DNA of 42,898 nt from Candidatus Thermofontivivens primus. GTDB lineage: Bacteria; Sysuimicrobiota; Sysuimicrobiia; Sysuimicrobiales; Thermofontiviventaceae. A program made the position numbers and the translations under genes. The stretch is taken from contig JAVKJW010000020.1 of the NCBI GenBank assembly GCA_031458695.1, positions 1-42,898 of the forward strand, read 5' to 3'. Below are positions 38,945-42,898 of the stretch, piece after piece; position 1 is the stretch's first letter; each line of letters opens with the position of its first letter. The notes below the pieces were generated by a model that saw only the letters and a list, made by a program, of their open reading frames with translations, was not told where the DNA came from and did no database searches.

Positions 38945-39982
38945 CTACTTTCCCAGGGGCTCCCGGACGCGCAGCTGATTCAGGGCATACCGGGCGAAGC
39001 TGTTGTCGATGTATTTCCAAACGTCGGGAATCTCCTTGATGCGTCCTACTTCCTTATACACGGTGGCGATGTTCTTCATAATGTCGTCCACGTCGGCTTG
39101 GGAAACCATCACTCGGTCGAACCTCTGTTCCGCCAACATTTCCTTGATCACGTTCAAGTCCAGCTTGATCCCCTGGTTGAAGTAAAAGTCGTTCAGCATG
39201 CGTGCCGCCTCGTCAGGGTGTTTGTTTATCCAGACAAGCGACTCCACCCATGCCATCATGAACCGCCTCAAGACGTCGGGGTTCCGCGTCACCATGTTCC
39301 TGCTCGTCAAAACGAGACGAGCGTATGTGGACTTCACTGGTCCAGCGATTTCCTGGGATGTGAGAATCACCCGCCCAATTCCCCTCGCCACGACGAGATT
39401 CCAGAAGGGGGCCCACAGAACCCCTGCGTCCGCCTCGCCCCGTTGGAGGGCCGCGGGGATGAGCTCCACATCCAGGTTCACGATCTTAAAGTCGTTGAGC
39501 GAGAGCCCTTGGGTCTTCAGGAAACTCGCCCAGACTCCGTACGTTGCAGATCCTACTTGAATGGCCACGCGCTTCCCCACGAGGTCACGGATGGTCTTCG
39601 TGGTGGTATCCTTTACAGGAACCACCATGCGGGCCTCATAACCAGAAACGGCAAGGCCAATGGCAACGATAGGCAGGTTGTCCGCGGCGGCAAAGATCAG
39701 GCGGTTTCCTGGGGCCCCCGAGGCAATGTCGCTGGACCCGCCAATGAGCGATTCCACAGCGAGCTGGGCCCTCGGCTGAGGGAAGGCGTTGACTGCCAAC
39801 CCGTACTTGGTGAAGAACCCGTTCTCGATGGCGGCCACCACGACTGTAGCACCGAGATTATCCCCGTAGCTCAGCCGAAGCGGGGTCAACGTCGGCGCGG
39901 GAGCAGCTGGAACGGCCATGAGAACAAATAGCAAGCACACGCTTGCCATCATGAGGCAACTCTTATGTACTTTCTGTGCCAT
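38945..39982 (-). CDS. NitT/TauT (SsuA/TauA-like) substrate-binding protein
   Basis: AIENGFFTKYGL, DLVGKRVAIQVGS, ALQRGEADAGVLWAPF, WINKHPDEAA; signal peptide. Confidence 0.88.
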   Translation of the reverse strand: MAQKVHKSCLMMASVCLLFVLMAVPAAPAPTLTPLRLSYGDNLGATVVVAAIENGFFTKYGLAVNAFPQPRAQLAVESLIGGSSDIASGAPGNRLIFAAADNLPIVAIGLAVSGYEARMVVPVKDTTTKTIRDLVGKRVAIQVGSATYGVWASFLKTQGLSLNDFKIVNLDVELIPAALQRGEADAGVLWAPFWNLVVARGIGRVILTSQEIAGPVKSTYARLVLTSRNMVTRNPDVLRRFMMAWVESLVWINKHPDEAARMLNDFYFNQGIKLDLNVIKEMLAEQRFDRVMVSQADVDDIMKNIATVYKEVGRIKEIPDVWKYIDNSFARYALNQLRVREPLGK

Positions 39983-41108
39983 GGTCTTTCCCCCCTTTGG
40001 TGGATCGGGCATTCGGGTGCCCTTTCTGAAAAGCTTGGAACTGTCGGCGCATCCAATCCCCTATAAGTGGGCGATACCTCGTGCTGAGGTTATTGCAGCC
40101 ATGACCTCCTTCCTCGAATAGCACAAGTTCCTTCGGCCCCCCAACTCCTTCTGCGATAGCCACGGCCTGCGCCCACGGAATCACCCGATCCTGCTTCCCG
40201 TGCACAATCAACACTGGGCAAGCGATCCTGTGGGCAACTCCGCGGAGGGTGAACTCCTTTGCATAGATCCTTGCGTCCTCTTCACTTGAGGAACGGGAGC
40301 GATACCGGAAAGCGCTCCGACTAAGCAATGGGAGGGTTTCCCAGCAAGCTCCGAAGTCGAACGGGCCTGAGGACTCTGCGACAGCACGAACGCGGCCATC
40401 GAAGGCCGCAGCCCGTAAGGCATAATATCCTCCCAGGCTTCTTCCAACGAGCCCAACTAAGGTCCCATCCACATCCGCGCGACATACCAGGAAGTCAAGA
40501 ACGGCGGCCACTGGGGCCTCCCAGTCCGGGCGCATAGGGAGGATCTCCTCGACTTCTCCCTGACCAGGTCCATCAAAGGAAAGCGTGGCCATCCCGCGAC
40601 GGAGGAAAACCTCCTCGAAGGTATGATTCTCCTCCTTCGTCGAATCCAATCCAGCGATGAGAACCACCACAGGAGGCCTTTCCACCGCCGAGGGGCGGCG
40701 GAGATAACCCGGGAGGCGTGTTTTCCCAAAGGGGATCTCCACGCGCTCTGCAGGCGGATCGTAGTACGGAGATCCTTTCTGGTAACACTCCCAGGATTTT
40801 CTCGCAGCACGGGTGTACGAATCGGGATCGTGGACGTAGAAGAACTTGGCGAAATGGTAGTACAGCGCTGCACGAAAGAGGTGGCTTCCGGCCGTTTCCA
40901 GGTTCCCCTCCGCAATTGCCTGCGTGGCGAGCTCTTCATAAATCATGGCGACCTTCGACCACTCCTGACACCAATCGTCCCACGAACGGATTGCAGAAAG
41001 GAGCCGGGTGAAATCCGCGTAGTCTACCCCACTCACCATGAACCGCGGAGCCCAGTGCTCAAGCACTGACCGAACCGTCTCGTCCTGCACAGAAACCTTG
41101 TGCTCCAT
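39963..41108 (-). CDS. Alpha/beta hydrolase, 2,6-dihydroxypseudooxynicotine hydrolase/FrsA-like
   Basis: GLDSTKEE, FDGPGQGE, nucleophile GRSLGG, HGKQD, GGHGCNN. Confidence 0.82.
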   Translation of the reverse strand: MEHKVSVQDETVRSVLEHWAPRFMVSGVDYADFTRLLSAIRSWDDWCQEWSKVAMIYEELATQAIAEGNLETAGSHLFRAALYYHFAKFFYVHDPDSYTRAARKSWECYQKGSPYYDPPAERVEIPFGKTRLPGYLRRPSAVERPPVVVLIAGLDSTKEENHTFEEVFLRRGMATLSFDGPGQGEVEEILPMRPDWEAPVAAVLDFLVCRADVDGTLVGLVGRSLGGYYALRAAAFDGRVRAVAESSGPFDFGACWETLPLLSRSAFRYRSRSSSEEDARIYAKEFTLRGVAHRIACPVLIVHGKQDRVIPWAQAVAIAEGVGGPKELVLFEEGGHGCNNLSTRYRPLIGDWMRRQFQAFQKGHPNARSTKGGKDHGTEST

Positions 41109-41131
41109 CGTGGTCGATCGTCGCGCTCCGC

Positions 41132-42283
41132 TCAGGCACTCCGGTAAAGCTTGGTGAGGACGAACTCGCGGTGGCCGAGAGCCTCGGCGGCCGTAAGCCG
41201 CCCGCGTACCGTCCGCACGAACACCTCCCAGATGGCGTCGGCTGCCTCTTCCAGGGTCATCTCCCCGACCAGGAGGCGGCTCAGGTCCACATCGATATGT
41301 TCGGACATTGTCCGCACTGTTTTGGGGTTAGGAGAGATCTTGATCACGGGGATGATGGGATGGCCCACCACGTTCCCCTGGCCAGTGGTGAAGAAGTGGA
41401 GCACAGAACCCGCTGCGGCCGCCAGGGTGACCATCTCGGCGGCAGCGCTGGAGGTGTCCATGAAGTGAAGGCCAGGACCCTTTGGTGCCTCCGCAGGCTT
41501 TAGCACAGACTGGAAGGGTCGCGTCCCGAGCTTCTGGATGTTCCCCAAGGCCTTCTCCTCAATGGTGCTCAGGCCTCCCCGGATGTTCCCCTCCGTGGGT
41601 TGAGACCCCAGGAGATTCACCCCTTGGGATTCGATGAAGGCAACATACGAACGGTACGTCTCCAGGAACGCCTCGCGCACTTCAGGGGTTGCCGCCCTGG
41701 CTGCGACCAAGTGCTCCGCACCGGTGAGCTCAGAGGTCTCTCCAAAGATCACCGCAGCCCCCGCGTCCACGAGGCGGTCGACGACGCGGCCTAGTGCGGG
41801 ATTCCCTGCAACCCCCAATGTGGGATCGGACTCGCCACATTTGATGCTGACCACAAGCTCATTCAAGCCGATGGGTTCCCGTTCGAGCTCAGAGGCATCC
41901 TGGACGAAGGCTTTGGCCGCCCGTGCGGCCTGCGCAATGGTCCTGAGATCTCCCTGCTCCTCGATGCTGAACCCTTCCACTGGCTTGCCTGTGGAGGCGA
42001 TCCCTTCGGTCACCCGCTGGACCCATTTAGGCTCGATCCCCACCACCACAGCTGCAGCGACGTTTGGGTTCCGACCAGTCCCAATGAGGGTCCGGAAGAA
42101 GAGCTCGAGATCCTCCCCAAACTGTAACCTCCCATAGGGATGGGCGAGGGCCAGCGTGCCAGGGATAAGCTTTGCTACCCCTTCCGCTGCTGTGTTGGAG
42201 ATGTCGTCCACGGGCAGCACGATCACGTGGTTGCGCACTCCTACCTTTCCATCTGGCCTCCTGTACCCAGTGAGCTGATTCAT
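41132..42283 (-). CDS. suyB: UxaA family lyase large subunit, (2R)-sulfolactate sulfo-lyase SuyB-like
   Basis: [87 protein letters not shown]. Confidence 0.8.
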   Translation of the reverse strand: MNQLTGYRRPDGKVGVRNHVIVLPVDDISNTAAEGVAKLIPGTLALAHPYGRLQFGEDLELFFRTLIGTGRNPNVAAAVVVGIEPKWVQRVTEGIASTGKPVEGFSIEEQGDLRTIAQAARAAKAFVQDASELEREPIGLNELVVSIKCGESDPTLGVAGNPALGRVVDRLVDAGAAVIFGETSELTGAEHLVAARAATPEVREAFLETYRSYVAFIESQGVNLLGSQPTEGNIRGGLSTIEEKALGNIQKLGTRPFQSVLKPAEAPKGPGLHFMDTSSAAAEMVTLAAAAGSVLHFFTTGQGNVVGHPIIPVIKISPNPKTVRTMSEHIDVDLSRLLVGEMTLEEAADAIWEVFVRTVRGRLTAAEALGHREFVLTKLYRSA

Positions 42284-42567
42284 GCCGACCACCTCAGACT
42301 CCGCAGGTTATGGACGTGCACATGCGCCCCTGCAGGGATCGCAGCCGTCGCGCAGCCGATCTTCTCCCCGTATTCAATCACCTCTCTCCCTTCAGGGATG
42401 TCCCGCAAGGCGATCTTGTGCCCCAGGGGGATAGGCTCGAGAACCTTGATGCGAATCCGCTCCCCGTTCTCCAAAACGTAGGCTTCCAGGCTCTCGCCAG
42501 GTTCCAGATCCGATACAGCAACCCCCACATCGTCCTGCGGCTTGTGCACCACCACACGGTACGCCAC
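42280..42567 (-). CDS. suyA: SAF-domain small subunit, SuyA-like
   Basis: [44 protein letters not shown] overlap with the suyB-like gene. Confidence 0.78.
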   Translation of the reverse strand: MAYRVVVHKPQDDVGVAVSDLEPGESLEAYVLENGERIRIKVLEPIPLGHKIALRDIPEGREVIEYGEKIGCATAAIPAGAHVHVHNLRSLRWSA

Positions 42568-42585
42568 GATCCCGCCTCCTTTGGA

Positions 42586-42897
42586 TTACGAAACCTTTCC
42601 CACAGCTTCTTCATGCCCTGAGGGTAAGTGGGCTTCTTCCCAATGGGCGAGGAGTGCCTCCTTGGCGTTCGCCACGTGCCTGCGCATCGCTCTCTCAGCG
42701 GCCTGTGGATCTCTCGCCTGAAGCGCAGTGACCACCTGCTGGTGCTCGGAGATCGAAACCTTCCCTCTCCCCGGTACGGCTGCCGAGGTATTGATGAGAA
42801 TCCGCACCTGCCCATCCAGACTCTCCATGATCCTTTGGAGCCTCTGGTTGCCGCTCGCCCGGCGGATGAGGCGATGGAACTCCAGATCGATCTCAGC
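42586..42897 (-). CDS. GntR family regulator, C-terminal FCD part (5' end outside the window)
   Basis: Open frame to the window end: EIDLEFHRLIRRASGNQRL...SEHQQVVTALQARDPQAAERAMRRHV. Confidence 0.85.
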   Translation of the reverse strand, partial: AEIDLEFHRLIRRASGNQRLQRIMESLDGQVRILINTSAAVPGRGKVSISEHQQVVTALQARDPQAAERAMRRHVANAKEALLAHWEEAHLPSGHEEAVGKVS

Positions 42898-42898
42898 G

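Noticed and set aside
1..42898. CRISPR arrays, tRNA/rRNA genes, transposases, in-frame TGA (Sec) recoding
   Set aside because: No regularly spaced repeats, cloverleafs, transposase motifs or interrupted frames were seen on manual reading.

Overview
A GC-rich bacterial window, nearly all coded on the minus strand. Positions 1-13.1 kb hold the core transcription/translation cluster secE-nusG-rplK-rplA-rplJ-rplL-rpoB-rpoC-L7Ae-rpsL-rpsG-fusA(partial), in Terrabacteria/Firmicutes-like order. This cluster has an L10 leader, four near-consensus sigma70 promoters, several structured leaders, and N-terminal extensions on RpoB, L7/L12 and NusG. The accessory part (13.3-42.9 kb) contains: a TerC + DUF1646 pair; a FadR-regulated cluster encoding an oxalate-oxidoreductase-like (YPIRP-type) 2-oxoacid:ferredoxin oxidoreductase next to a TctCBA transporter; a Dpp-type ABC cluster lacking ATPases, with M20 and atypical M24 hydrolases; one plus-strand membrane HD-GYP/GGDEF fusion; and an 11-kb GntR-flanked catabolic cluster. 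That last cluster encodes SuyAB-like lyase, DHPON-hydrolase-like, NitT/TauT ABC, creatininase-like, cupin, Gfo/Idh/MocA, His-rich LVIVD propeller and SlcC-like dehydrogenase proteins, and looks like an undescribed organosulfonate pathway. No rRNA, tRNA, CRISPR array or mobile element was seen. All family assignments come from motifs read by eye and from recalled reference sequences; no searches were run.
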